A stretch of DNA of 64,000 bases, taken from positions 34,168-98,167 of the forward strand of contig JAGWKM010000001.1 of NCBI GenBank assembly GCA_028865305.1, given 5' to 3'. Origin of the DNA: Patescibacteria group bacterium (GTDB lineage: Bacteria; Patescibacteriota; Minisyncoccia; UBA6257; 2-01-FULL-56-20). The notes under the pieces are model-generated. The model searched no databases, was not told where the DNA came from, and saw only the letters and a program-made list of their open reading frames with translations. The translations under genes were made by a program, and so were the position numbers. This document shows, one piece after another, positions 18,219 through 27,008 of this stretch (position 1 is the first letter of the stretch; each line of letters starts with the position of its first letter).

Positions 18219-19547
18219 ATGAGCGAACGGCTGAGGAATGTTTTCCAGTGGCCTGAGTTTCGGCCGGCGTGGTACCTTTTGGTTGCCGCGATTGCGGTGT
18301 TTTTGGTGGGCGTTTTTGAGTTGCCGGCGCTTTGGGTTTTAACTCAGACCATTTTGCTCGCTCTCATTGTCGCCTTCACCTTTTTGGGGATTTATAAGGG
18401 CGCCACGGCGGAGCGGGCTGCCGCAGTGGAGCACGGCGAATTGGAAGGGATATTGGCGAGTACGGTTGACGCTTTGGTTTTATATGACAGCCGTTTCCGG
18501 ATCGTTTTTTGGAATCCCGCCGCCGAACGGCTTTTTAAAATTTCCGCGAGGGATGCCCTCGGGCACGTGATTTCGCCGCAGGATATGCAGCGGCCGGCGT
18601 GGTGCGCATTGGCTCAAGTCGTTTTTCCCACTCTCGCGCCGCGCATTGTTTTCCAGTCGAAAGAAGGTGAATTTCCGCAGACCATCGACCTTTCTCTTGC
18701 CGATCCTCCGTTGGAGCTTCGCGTCATTACGGCTCCGGTGCAGGACGCGCAGGGGCGCGCAGCGGTGTTCATTAAAGTAGTCCACGATCGTACGCCGCAA
18801 ATCGCCGCGCTCCGTTCGAATATAGAATTCATCACTGTTGCGTCCCACCAGCTCCGTGGGCCGATCACCGATATTTCTTGGGCCCTCCAAGTGGCGAGCG
18901 AAGACCGGCAGCTGGACGATTCGATCAGGCCCGTCATTGATAATGCCTACGCGGCAAGTAAAAATCTCATCAAGCGGATTGAGGATCTTTTGGATGTTGC
19001 CCGCATAGAAGAGGGCAAGGTCGGGTATATTTTCAACGAATCCGATATCGCCGATTTCGTCGGCGGCGTGCTGGCGGGCGTGCTTCCGCAGGCGCGGAAG
19101 ACCGGCATTAAATTATATTTTGACAGGCCATCGGAACCGTTGCCGCATGTTTTCATTGATGAAAAGCGTCTTTCGGCTGCAGTGACCAATCTGCTTGAAA
19201 ATGCCATCCGCTATAACGTTGAGAACGGCGAGGTTGTGGTGCGAGTGGATCAAGTGCCGGGGCAGCCATTTGTGGAGGTGAGCATTAAGGACACCGGCAT
19301 CGGGATTCCTCCCGGAGCTATTCCAAACCTGTTTGTAAAATTCTATCGGGCGGAAAATGCGGTACAGGCGCAGACAGAGGGGACGGGCATCGGTTTGTTT
19401 ATTGCGAAAAATGTTATTGCGGCGCATGGTGGCGAGATTAAAGTTGTATCGGAGCTGAACCGCGGGACGACGATGACGTTTACGCTGCCGACGGATCGCG
19501 CGCTTGTGCCGCAAGGGGAGATAGGGCCGGAAGGATTCCTCCTGTAG
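18219..19547 (+). CDS. PAS-domain sensor histidine kinase
   Basis: 2 TM, PAS (WNPAAE), SHQLRGP H-box, NLLENAIRY, DTGIGI, GTGIGL. Confidence 0.95.
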   Translation: MSERLRNVFQWPEFRPAWYLLVAAIAVFLVGVFELPALWVLTQTILLALIVAFTFLGIYKGATAERAAAVEHGELEGILASTVDALVLYDSRFRIVFWNPAAERLFKISARDALGHVISPQDMQRPAWCALAQVVFPTLAPRIVFQSKEGEFPQTIDLSLADPPLELRVITAPVQDAQGRAAVFIKVVHDRTPQIAALRSNIEFITVASHQLRGPITDISWALQVASEDRQLDDSIRPVIDNAYAASKNLIKRIEDLLDVARIEEGKVGYIFNESDIADFVGGVLAGVLPQARKTGIKLYFDRPSEPLPHVFIDEKRLSAAVTNLLENAIRYNVENGEVVVRVDQVPGQPFVEVSIKDTGIGIPPGAIPNLFVKFYRAENAVQAQTEGTGIGLFIAKNVIAAHGGEIKVVSELNRGTTMTFTLPTDRALVPQGEIGPEGFLL

Positions 19548-19805
19548 GCATTCCGCAAATCGATATAAGGTTGCGGCTGAAAGCTGGCGCGGCATTTTGA
19601 AACTGCTGTCATCCGCGCGCAAACCATGGTCCGCAGCCGTCCAATTCGGCTGCAAAAATTCGGGTCCCCCGCGGCAAGCACGACCCCAAATTTTTGCTAG
19701 CCGAATTGTTCCGGTTGCGTCCTTGGTTTGCAGCGCGTCCGCCAGAAGGTTTCAAAACGCCGCGCCAGCTTTCAGCCGTCACGTATCGGATTTACGGATG
19801 CCTGC
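19544..19805. repeat. ~260-bp imperfect palindrome (REPIN-like)
   Basis: GGCTGAAAGCTGGCGCGGC/GCCGCGCCAGCTTTCAGCC and inner matched arms; ends GTAGGCAT..ATGCCTGC. Confidence 0.85.
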
Positions 19806-19856
19806 GCTCGTCATTTTCAAGGAAAGGTAGCGGCCGGAACGATTTTCCGGCCGTCC
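19800..19856. repeat. direct repeat A (GTAG-palindrome unit)
   Basis: CTCGTCATTTTCA..AAAGGTAGCGGCCGGA..TCCGGCCGTC, recurs at 21181-21238. Confidence 0.85.
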
Positions 19857-19897
19857 ATAATTGAACTGCTATTTTCTGCATTTCGCGAAGACGGAGA

Positions 19898-21124
19898 TTA
19901 AAGCGGCGAAGAAGAAGCCGCTGTTTGAATGTCTTGGATAATCTGATTCGGATCGGTATTGAGCGCATAGCTAGCCCAAGCTCGGACCAGCGGGCTTTCG
20001 CTGTGCTGGTATCGCTGTAAAATTTGCATCGCTATCGAATGTTCGGGCTCTGGGCCGTTGATCCTCAAAAGCATCAGTCCACCATGCAGCGCGTCGCTTT
20101 GGAGTATTGGCTCATCGGTATTGATAGCATTGAGCATAAAGTTATAATCATCTGTCGTCATGAACGATTCTATTGTCGTTTTTACAAAGGCCGAATCATT
20201 TAACTGAGGGTTTTTCAAGGACGCTAGTGCTGCGTTCGCGCTCGTAAACGCAATATCTAGGCTGCTAAACTTATTCGCATTTTGTTTTATTGCGGTTATT
20301 TCTTGTTGATATTTCAAAAAAACATCTTTTTGGCTGATATTACCATGACCATCGTAAAATGAAATCAGGGCTGGAACAGCCGACTCTTCCACTTTTTCAC
20401 CGATGAGCCATTGAATCATCGTAGCATCTTTTGCTTCTTCCATTTTCCTTCCCCAAACGATCAAGGCTTGTAACAAAAGTTCTGCTCTTCTGGGATTGCT
20501 CGAGCTACTATAAGTGTTGGCAAGAATAATCATTCGTCTGGTAAATCGCAGGGTGTTCGCCGGACTGAATGGTGATGGTACATCTGAAATTGGTGTCTTC
20601 GGAATAGGAAAATGTTCAGGGGAAAAAGAGAAATTCTGTTTAGCAGCCATTGTCATCAAAAATTGCTCATCTTGCGTTCCAAGATTAATCTTATTTTCAT
20701 CAGACCCGCCATAAACGTTATCCCATGTGCCGCTCACGTGATGAAAAATTGGGGTGGGCGTATCGTAGCCGAAATACATTATATAGTCGTCAGCTCCATT
20801 TCCGGGTTGGTTTGGAATTTTAATTCCGAGATCAGCAAGAGAAGTTTGGTGTTGTAAACCGAAACTCGGAGTTGTTGTCGCACTAAAATTAGCAAGGTTA
20901 ACTGCCGAAGTCGCATTCCTTTCCTGAACATATGTGTACATAAATTCTCCTAAAAAGCGAACTTCTCCGCCAGTTATGATGTCCGTTATTGCCAGGAGGG
21001 CAATTATTAAAATAATTGGCAGAATAAGGAAATTAAAAAGTCGCCGCTTAAAAAAGCTCGGCTTGTTTGCCGGACTGGGAGGGGCGGGAACAATCGCTGG
21101 CGGATCTTGCGGAGGCAAATCCAT
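19898..21124 (-). CDS. hypothetical membrane-anchored protein
   Basis: 408-aa AT-rich ORF, Pro-rich start then TM helix. Confidence 0.75.
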   Translation of the reverse strand: MDLPPQDPPAIVPAPPSPANKPSFFKRRLFNFLILPIILIIALLAITDIITGGEVRFLGEFMYTYVQERNATSAVNLANFSATTTPSFGLQHQTSLADLGIKIPNQPGNGADDYIMYFGYDTPTPIFHHVSGTWDNVYGGSDENKINLGTQDEQFLMTMAAKQNFSFSPEHFPIPKTPISDVPSPFSPANTLRFTRRMIILANTYSSSSNPRRAELLLQALIVWGRKMEEAKDATMIQWLIGEKVEESAVPALISFYDGHGNISQKDVFLKYQQEITAIKQNANKFSSLDIAFTSANAALASLKNPQLNDSAFVKTTIESFMTTDDYNFMLNAINTDEPILQSDALHGGLMLLRINGPEPEHSIAMQILQRYQHSESPLVRAWASYALNTDPNQIIQDIQTAASSSPL

Positions 21125-21180
21125 AAAGGTATTTTAACACTTTCTGCTTTTTGATTTCTTGGTAGTGCCGGAGTGCACGC

Positions 21181-21238
21181 GCCTACACTCGTCATTTTCA
21201 GTTGAAAAGGTAGCGGCCGGAGCAATGCTCCGGCCGTC
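21181..21238. repeat. direct repeat B (GTAG-palindrome unit)
   Basis: matches 19800-19856. Confidence 0.85.
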
Positions 21239-21795
21239 TATTTATCATCTCGGCCTTTGAGCCGGGATCCTTGCTTCCCAAATTTTATCGTCATCCCGAG
21301 GCATTCGTCACCATGTTCGCTCACTTGATAGGCAATGTTAATTATTTTTCCCTTTCGGGCTATTCCTTTTAATAGTAATTGGTAATCGATTTTATCCCTA
21401 AAAAGAAGATTAATAATAACCAAGTATTTGGTTTTTATGGAAAAAAGTGAAGCCAATATGTCCGCGAATTTGTTTTTCCCGAATTTTTCGGCTTCGCCGA
21501 GGAAAAGATGTGCGAGGACAAGATCAACTTTCCGGTTCCTGAAGTTTTTGATGTCGCTTTCGATGATTTTGTAGTTCTTTTCCGGCACGCACTCCAAAAT
21601 CGGCTGGATTTTCCGCTCGTCGCCGGGGTAGACGACGGCCTGAACTATATTTTTGGGAAATCGATGCGCTAAATAATGGATGCTTGTCCGTCCGGCACCC
21701 ATATCAATAACCTTCTTTATTTCAGGATTCCTGATGTCCGCGAAGAGGGTATCCAGGAGTTTTTTCTGTGATTTGCTGATTTTCCATGCCGACAT
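21238..21795 (-). CDS. putative SAM-dependent methyltransferase
   Basis: VIDMGAGRTS motif I, DLVLAH. Confidence 0.6.
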   Translation of the reverse strand: MSAWKISKSQKKLLDTLFADIRNPEIKKVIDMGAGRTSIHYLAHRFPKNIVQAVVYPGDERKIQPILECVPEKNYKIIESDIKNFRNRKVDLVLAHLFLGEAEKFGKNKFADILASLFSIKTKYLVIINLLFRDKIDYQLLLKGIARKGKIINIAYQVSEHGDECLGMTIKFGKQGSRLKGRDDK

Positions 21796-21844
21796 GGCCT
21801 CATAATAGCACTGTTTTCGGTTTAATTTTGTAATTCTGTCGCAA

Positions 21845-22282
21845 AAGGAATTATTAAATAATCTTTATTTTTTCTTTAGAAAAAATTAGCCCCCATCCCG
21901 AAACTACGCCGCCCGCGCTCCTGGCCAAATGCCGCAAGGGCTAGGCGCAAGAAAATGTCGTACTCTCCGTACGGCATTTTTGCGGCAACAACGGCCTTGC
22001 GGCATTTGGCCGGAGCCCTCCGGGTCGCGGCTGATGTGCGTGAGGGCGTCGTTATTCCTCGGAGCCAGGGCCCGCTCTTGTCTCCGAGGAAAGCCTAGCC
22101 CTCGCGTACATCAGCCCGCAACGCGGGCTGGATTATTTTGGAGATGGGGGCTGATATCACAGCCAGCCTACCACCTGGCAATTCGGAGTCCGAATCTCCG
22201 CCGCTCCACAATTGGTGGATGCCGGATGGCCTGACATCCATAGCACGGCGCATACTATGGATATCAAGATAGTAGGCTGGTG
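21845..22282. repeat. large structured element, copy 2 (inverted relative to copy 1)
   Basis: shares AGCCCCCATCTCCAAAAT, GGCCAAATGCCGCAAGG, TGACATCCATA..TATGGATATCAAG with 12772-13265. Confidence 0.85.
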
Positions 22283-22372
22283 TGGCGCCTTAACGCACCA
22301 CTTTCAAGAGCCGGGTTTCCGCCCGGTTTTTGAGTTGCATCCCAAACCGCTTAGAGTATAATTGAGAACGAA

Positions 22373-24109
22373 ATGGCACGCCGACCGAAGAAAACCGCAC
22401 AGGGCCGGAGGACGAAATATATTTTCATCTCCGGAGGTGTGATGTCGTCGGTTGGGAAAGGCATTGCGGCGGCCTCTATCGGTAAAATTCTCCAGGCACG
22501 CGGCTTTGAGGTCACCGCCATCAAAATCGATCCCTATGTGAATGTCGACGCGGGCACCATGAACCCCACCGAACACGGTGAGGTTTTTGTTTTGGACGAC
22601 GGCATGGAATGCGATCAGGATATGGGCAATTACGAGCGGTTTCTCGACCGGGATTTGAGCCGGGCGAATTATATGACGACCGGCAGCGTTTATTTGGACC
22701 TTATCACGCGCGAACGGAATCTTGAGTTCCGCGGCCGCTGCGTGAATGTGGTGCCCGATGTGCCGCTTGAGGTTATCCGCAAAATTGAGCTTGCCGCAAA
22801 GAAAACGAAGGCGGATATCGTGCTCGTCGAGATCGGCGGCACGGTCGGCGATTATCAGAACCTACTCTTCCTCGAAGCGGTCCGATTGCTGAAATTCAAG
22901 CAGCCGCACGACGTGCTCTTGGCGCTCGTGAGCTACATCCCGTCGCTTTCCGGCGGCGGCAACGAATTAAAGACGAAACCGACGCAGCATGCGGTGCGCA
23001 ACCTGAATTCCGCCGGTTTGCTGCCGGACCTCGTCATAGCCCGCGCCGCGGTTGCCCTCGACAAGAAGCGCAAGGAAAAACTGGAATTCATGTGCGGCCT
23101 CGAAAAGGGGTCGGTGATTTCCGCGCCGGATGTTTCAAGCGTTTACGACGTGCCGCTCAATTTTGAAAAAGATAAGATCAGCGACCAGATTTTGGAAAAA
23201 CTGGATTTGATTTCCCGGAAGCGCGACCTGAAGGAATGGCGGCGGCTGTCGTCCGTGGTGCACAACGCGAAGCAAACGGTGCGCATCGGCATTGTCGGAA
23301 AATATTTCGGCACCGGCAGGTTTATTCTGACGGATTCGTACATTTCCGTGATCGAGGCGGTGAAGCACGCGGCCTATGCTGTGAAGCGCAAACCGATATT
23401 GGAATGGGTTGATGCGGAGGAATTCGAAAAACGTCCGCAGAAGGTACAGGAGCTTTCGAAGTATGGTGGTATTATTGTGCCGGGCGGATTCGGATCGCGC
23501 GGCGTGGAGGGAATCATCAATGCCATCCGCTATTGCCGCGAGAAAAAGATCCCATATTTCGGTTTGTGCTACGGCATGCAGCTCGCGGTCGTCGAATTCG
23601 CGCGGCACGTGGCCGGTCTGAAGCGGGCGCATACGACGGAGATCGACAAAAAGACGCCGGAGCCGGTGATTGACATCATGGCGGACCAGAAGGAAAAGCT
23701 CGCGGTCAAAAATTATGGCGGTACCATGCGCCTTGGCGCCTATCCGGCCATTCTGAAGAAGGGCAGTATTGCTTTCAGAGCGTATGGCGGCAAGCGGCAG
23801 ATTTCGGAGCGGCATCGGCACCGGTACGAGGTCAATCCGCAGTATATTGACCGGATAGAAAAGAAGGGCTTGGTTTTTTCCGGCACATCGCCCGACCGCC
23901 GCCTGATGGAAATCGCCGAATTGCCGGCCGATAAGCATCCATTCTTCTTGGGCACCCAGTTCCATCCTGAATTGAAAACCCGCCCCATCGGCGGCCATCC
24001 CTTATTCAAAGAATTCATGAAAGCGGCGGCGAAGCGGAGCGCATTGATCGTGCCGGCATCATTTTCAAGACTTCCCTTGCGGGCGCGGGTTCTGGCGAAA
24101 AAGAAATAA
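22373..24109 (+). CDS. pyrG: CTP synthase
   Basis: GGVMSSVGKG, KIDPYVNVDAGTMNP.EHGE, KTKPTQH, GLCYGMQ, QFHPE. Confidence 0.98.
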   Translation: MARRPKKTAQGRRTKYIFISGGVMSSVGKGIAAASIGKILQARGFEVTAIKIDPYVNVDAGTMNPTEHGEVFVLDDGMECDQDMGNYERFLDRDLSRANYMTTGSVYLDLITRERNLEFRGRCVNVVPDVPLEVIRKIELAAKKTKADIVLVEIGGTVGDYQNLLFLEAVRLLKFKQPHDVLLALVSYIPSLSGGGNELKTKPTQHAVRNLNSAGLLPDLVIARAAVALDKKRKEKLEFMCGLEKGSVISAPDVSSVYDVPLNFEKDKISDQILEKLDLISRKRDLKEWRRLSSVVHNAKQTVRIGIVGKYFGTGRFILTDSYISVIEAVKHAAYAVKRKPILEWVDAEEFEKRPQKVQELSKYGGIIVPGGFGSRGVEGIINAIRYCREKKIPYFGLCYGMQLAVVEFARHVAGLKRAHTTEIDKKTPEPVIDIMADQKEKLAVKNYGGTMRLGAYPAILKKGSIAFRAYGGKRQISERHRHRYEVNPQYIDRIEKKGLVFSGTSPDRRLMEIAELPADKHPFFLGTQFHPELKTRPIGGHPLFKEFMKAAAKRSALIVPASFSRLPLRARVLAKKK

Positions 24110-24189
24110 CGGAGAATGGAGTACGGAGTATGGAGAATGAATGTCCCATTCTCCATTCTCCATTCTCCATTCTCCATTCTCCATTCTCC
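24110..24189. repeat. inverted heptamer pair (GGAGAAT)n / (CCATTCT)n
   Basis: fills the pyrG-holA spacer; six CCATTCT units end two bases before the holA ATG. Confidence 0.95.
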
Positions 24190-24972
24190 ATGATCATCTT
24201 CCTCTATGGTTCCGACGACTATCGCCGGATCCAAAAGAAACGCGAATTGATTGCCGAGTTCGAGAAGAAGCATTCCGGTTTGGGTATCGGCAATTTTGAT
24301 TTTGCGGCCAAGGAGGGGATTGATGCCTTCGAGGGGTTCATGCGCAACCAGTCCATTTTTGAAACCGCGAAGCTTGCAGCCATAGACAATGCTTTTGAAG
24401 CCGATGCGAAACAGCTTGCAAAATTGCTTCAGCCGTTTCTGAACGATAAAGCGGCCAGCATTTTACTCGCGGAGCGGGAAAAACCGGTGAAGGCGCTCGG
24501 ATTCCTCATCGAGAAGCCGGCATTTTTCCAAAAATTTGAGAATTTGGAAGGCGCCGCGTGGGAACAGTTCATCAATGCGGAAGCAAAAGATTCGGGCTTG
24601 CATCTCGCTTCCGATGCCGTCCGTTTTCTCGCTGCCGTTTACCAAGGCAATTCCTGGGCGCTTGCGACTGAACTCCGAAAATTGAGCGCGTGGGGCATGG
24701 GGCGGCCTATCAGTAAAAAGGATTTGGACATGCTGGATCTCGAAGCGGCGCCAAACTATTGGATGCTGTTGAATGGCATGAAAGCGCCCGATGTCCGGAC
24801 GCGTTTGTACGCATTTGAAAAATTGATGGCGTTGAACGATCCGCCGGCGAAATTATTCAACATTCTGGCTTCGCAATGGAATGCAAAACTTGCGCAGTTC
24901 GCCGAGTATGATTTTGCGGTTAAATCCGGGAAACTGGAATACGACGATGCATTGCTGGATGCCATTTTGTAA
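24190..24972 (+). CDS. holA: DNA polymerase III subunit delta
   Basis: MIIFLYGSDDYR, ELRKL, VKSG; lies next to rpsT as in many bacteria. Confidence 0.85.
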   Translation: MIIFLYGSDDYRRIQKKRELIAEFEKKHSGLGIGNFDFAAKEGIDAFEGFMRNQSIFETAKLAAIDNAFEADAKQLAKLLQPFLNDKAASILLAEREKPVKALGFLIEKPAFFQKFENLEGAAWEQFINAEAKDSGLHLASDAVRFLAAVYQGNSWALATELRKLSAWGMGRPISKKDLDMLDLEAAPNYWMLLNGMKAPDVRTRLYAFEKLMALNDPPAKLFNILASQWNAKLAQFAEYDFAVKSGKLEYDDALLDAIL

Positions 24973-25097
24973 ATGTTAAAATCTGGTTAAAATTTTCGAG
25001 GCGCATAACTTGCGGCCGTGAATGGGTTGCGCGCGCGGATCAAAAAGAACAAAACCGGCTGTAAGCCGGTCTTTTCCTCTTTTCCTGTTTTTTTATT

Positions 25098-25355
25098 TTA
25101 TCTTGCCAGTTTTAACGCGAGGCGGGATTTGAGGCGGGCGGCTTTATTTTTGGCGATGACATTCGTTTTTGCCGCTTTGTCGAGCGCCTTAAAGATCGCC
25201 GGAAGTTTGGCCTTGGCATCGTCTGTCTTTTTCCCCGCGATCATTTTGCGGTACGAAACGATGAGCTTCTTATAAGCTTCTTTTTTCAGGATATTGCGCG
25301 ACCGGCGGGTGCGGTTTTGTCGGAGCGCTTTTTTAGCGGAAGAAGTGATAGGCAT
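25098..25355 (-). CDS. rpsT: 30S ribosomal protein S20
   Basis: MPITSSAKKALRQN, LDKAAK...KNKAARLKSRL. Confidence 0.97.
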   Translation of the reverse strand: MPITSSAKKALRQNRTRRSRNILKKEAYKKLIVSYRKMIAGKKTDDAKAKLPAIFKALDKAAKTNVIAKNKAARLKSRLALKLAR

Positions 25356-25496
25356 GGAATGAAACAAGGAGTAAGGAACCAAGAACAAGGAACCTGCTCC
25401 GAATACGAAGTAAGAATACAGGAAAGCTGGAAGAATGGCAAGTGAGTTGACGGAAGACTGGTAATTATGTAATTTTTTCGGCAGGAGTTTGACCTT

Positions 25497-25874
25497 ATGC
25501 ATATTCAGTTTCGGGTGGACAAATCTTTCTTTTTTATTTCACCCCGAATCCCCAAAGCCGATATTTTGGCTTTTGTGAACAGTCTGTTAGGTTCACTGCG
25601 GCATAGGTTAGCTGAAGGATTCGATGTTGGGTACGACGTTAATTTTGGCGGTGTCGATAATTTCGGCGTTGATATATTGCTTTCCGTTGACGACAACCAG
25701 AATTTGTCCAACGAGGAAGTCGCCGCAATAATCACCGGATTCGAGAGAAACATTTCGCCACGTTTGGAAGTTGGTAAGCGATACCGTATCAAAATCCAGC
25801 GCGAGGGGAAGGTTTTTACCGGTATGGCGGGTACTCAAATCGGTCTGCCGGCCGGTCTCCGGCGCGATGCCTGA
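25497..25874 (+). CDS. hypothetical protein
   Basis: 125-aa ORF in otherwise empty region. Confidence 0.5.
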   Translation: MHIQFRVDKSFFFISPRIPKADILAFVNSLLGSLRHRLAEGFDVGYDVNFGGVDNFGVDILLSVDDNQNLSNEEVAAIITGFERNISPRLEVGKRYRIKIQREGKVFTGMAGTQIGLPAGLRRDA

Positions 25875-25919
25875 TTTCTTTGTATTCATTTTTAAGTTGC
25901 CGAAAGGCGGCTCTTTTTT

Positions 25920-26138
25920 GTCCGCGCTCAAATCGGGCGATGGCGCAACGGCGGGATGCGCCTTTCGAGACAACCTCGGAGGCAGGTTGGCTTGGTCCGC
26001 GCGTTATCCGCGCGAAGCGCGACGCGCGGCAACCTGCCGAGAGCTTACGCGCGGCACCGCTGGAGTGCCGCGACGCCGTGTCTTGAAAGGCGCATCCCGC
26101 CGTTGCGCCATTCATTTATGTATGATTTGAGCGCGGAG
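25920..26138. repeat. long branched hairpin element
   Basis: ATGGCGCAACGGCGGGATGCGCCTTTC / GAAAGGCGCATCCCGCCGTTGCGCCAT arms; core related to 34795-34945. Confidence 0.85.
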
Positions 26139-26197
26139 CGTGGGGAGCGTGGTTCCCGGCCTTCGCTGAGATGACAGAACGGGCGTATAATACAGGT

Positions 26198-26776
26198 ATG
26201 CTCTACGGCGTTTTCGGGAAAATAGCTCTGAAATCCGACAAATTTGCCGTCATCGAAACCGGCGGGCTGGGCCTTAAGCTTTTTATGGCCGCGCGGACGA
26301 TTGCCGCGCTTCCGCGCGAAGGAAGCGACGTGAGGGTATTTTCCTATTTGCATATGCGTGAAGACGGTCTGGAACTTTATGGTTTTGGTTCCGAAAAAGA
26401 GCTGACGTATTTTGAAATGCTTATTTCCGTCTCCGGCGTCGGGCCGAAATCCGCGCTTGCCATTCTGGATATCGCAAACCTCGACGAGCTTGCAGCAGCC
26501 ATCAAAGAAGGCCGGCCGGACCTTTTGACGCGCGCCTCGGGCATCGGCCGCAAAACGGCGGAGCGCATCATTTTGGAACTGAAGTCGAAAGTGCAGTCGG
26601 CAAAATCCGGTTTGGTCGTCGAAAAAATGGAAGGAGACGCGGATTTGATAGAGGCGCTTTCGAATCTGGGCTATCGGCGCGAGGAAGCGCGGGCGGCACT
26701 CGGGAAGGTGGATGTGAAAGTTGCCGGAATTGAGGAGCGGCTGAAAGAAGCCTTGAAAATCTTAGGAAGGAAATAG
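26198..26776 (+). CDS. ruvA: Holliday junction DNA-binding protein RuvA
   Basis: REDGLELYGF, VSGVGPKSA, GIGRKTAERIILELK, ALSNLGY. Confidence 0.97.
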   Translation: MLYGVFGKIALKSDKFAVIETGGLGLKLFMAARTIAALPREGSDVRVFSYLHMREDGLELYGFGSEKELTYFEMLISVSGVGPKSALAILDIANLDELAAAIKEGRPDLLTRASGIGRKTAERIILELKSKVQSAKSGLVVEKMEGDADLIEALSNLGYRREEARAALGKVDVKVAGIEERLKEALKILGRK

Positions 26777-26962
26777 TTTTCAATTTGCAATTTTCAGTTT
26801 TTTTTTCAATCAATAAACCTCCAATATTAAATTTTTATTAAATAAATAGGATTAGATTCGACGATCGTCGAATCTAATCCTGTGCCAAAAGAATCAATGT
26901 TTCCATTGAAAAATGAACCCTCGAAAATTTATTGAAAACTGAAAATTATAAATTAAAAACTA
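26777..26962. repeat. composite element: TTTTCAA array, 34-bp perfect palindrome (26848-26881), TTGAAAA array
   Basis: AGGATTAGATTCGACGATCGTCGAATCTAATCCT. Confidence 0.9.
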
Positions 26963-27008
26963 ATCAACCCCTGATTCCGGCTCGGAGGCCGGGATGACAA
27001 AAAAACCG

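Noticed and set aside
19800-21238. Integron attC sites
   Set aside because: No RYYYAAC/GTTRRRY ends and no integrase; GTAG-REP fits better
24015-24273. ORFs and extensions reading MENGEWR or ILHSPFS (24015-24197, 24130 start, 49193-49408, 54026-54319)
   Set aside because: By-products of stop-free heptamer arrays; true starts and genes are explained otherwise
25356-25502. Extended N-termini given by the ORF track for rpsT, argS, groL, polX, secG and UDG
   Set aside because: Homology begins at downstream ATGs; the extensions run through repeats or promoters
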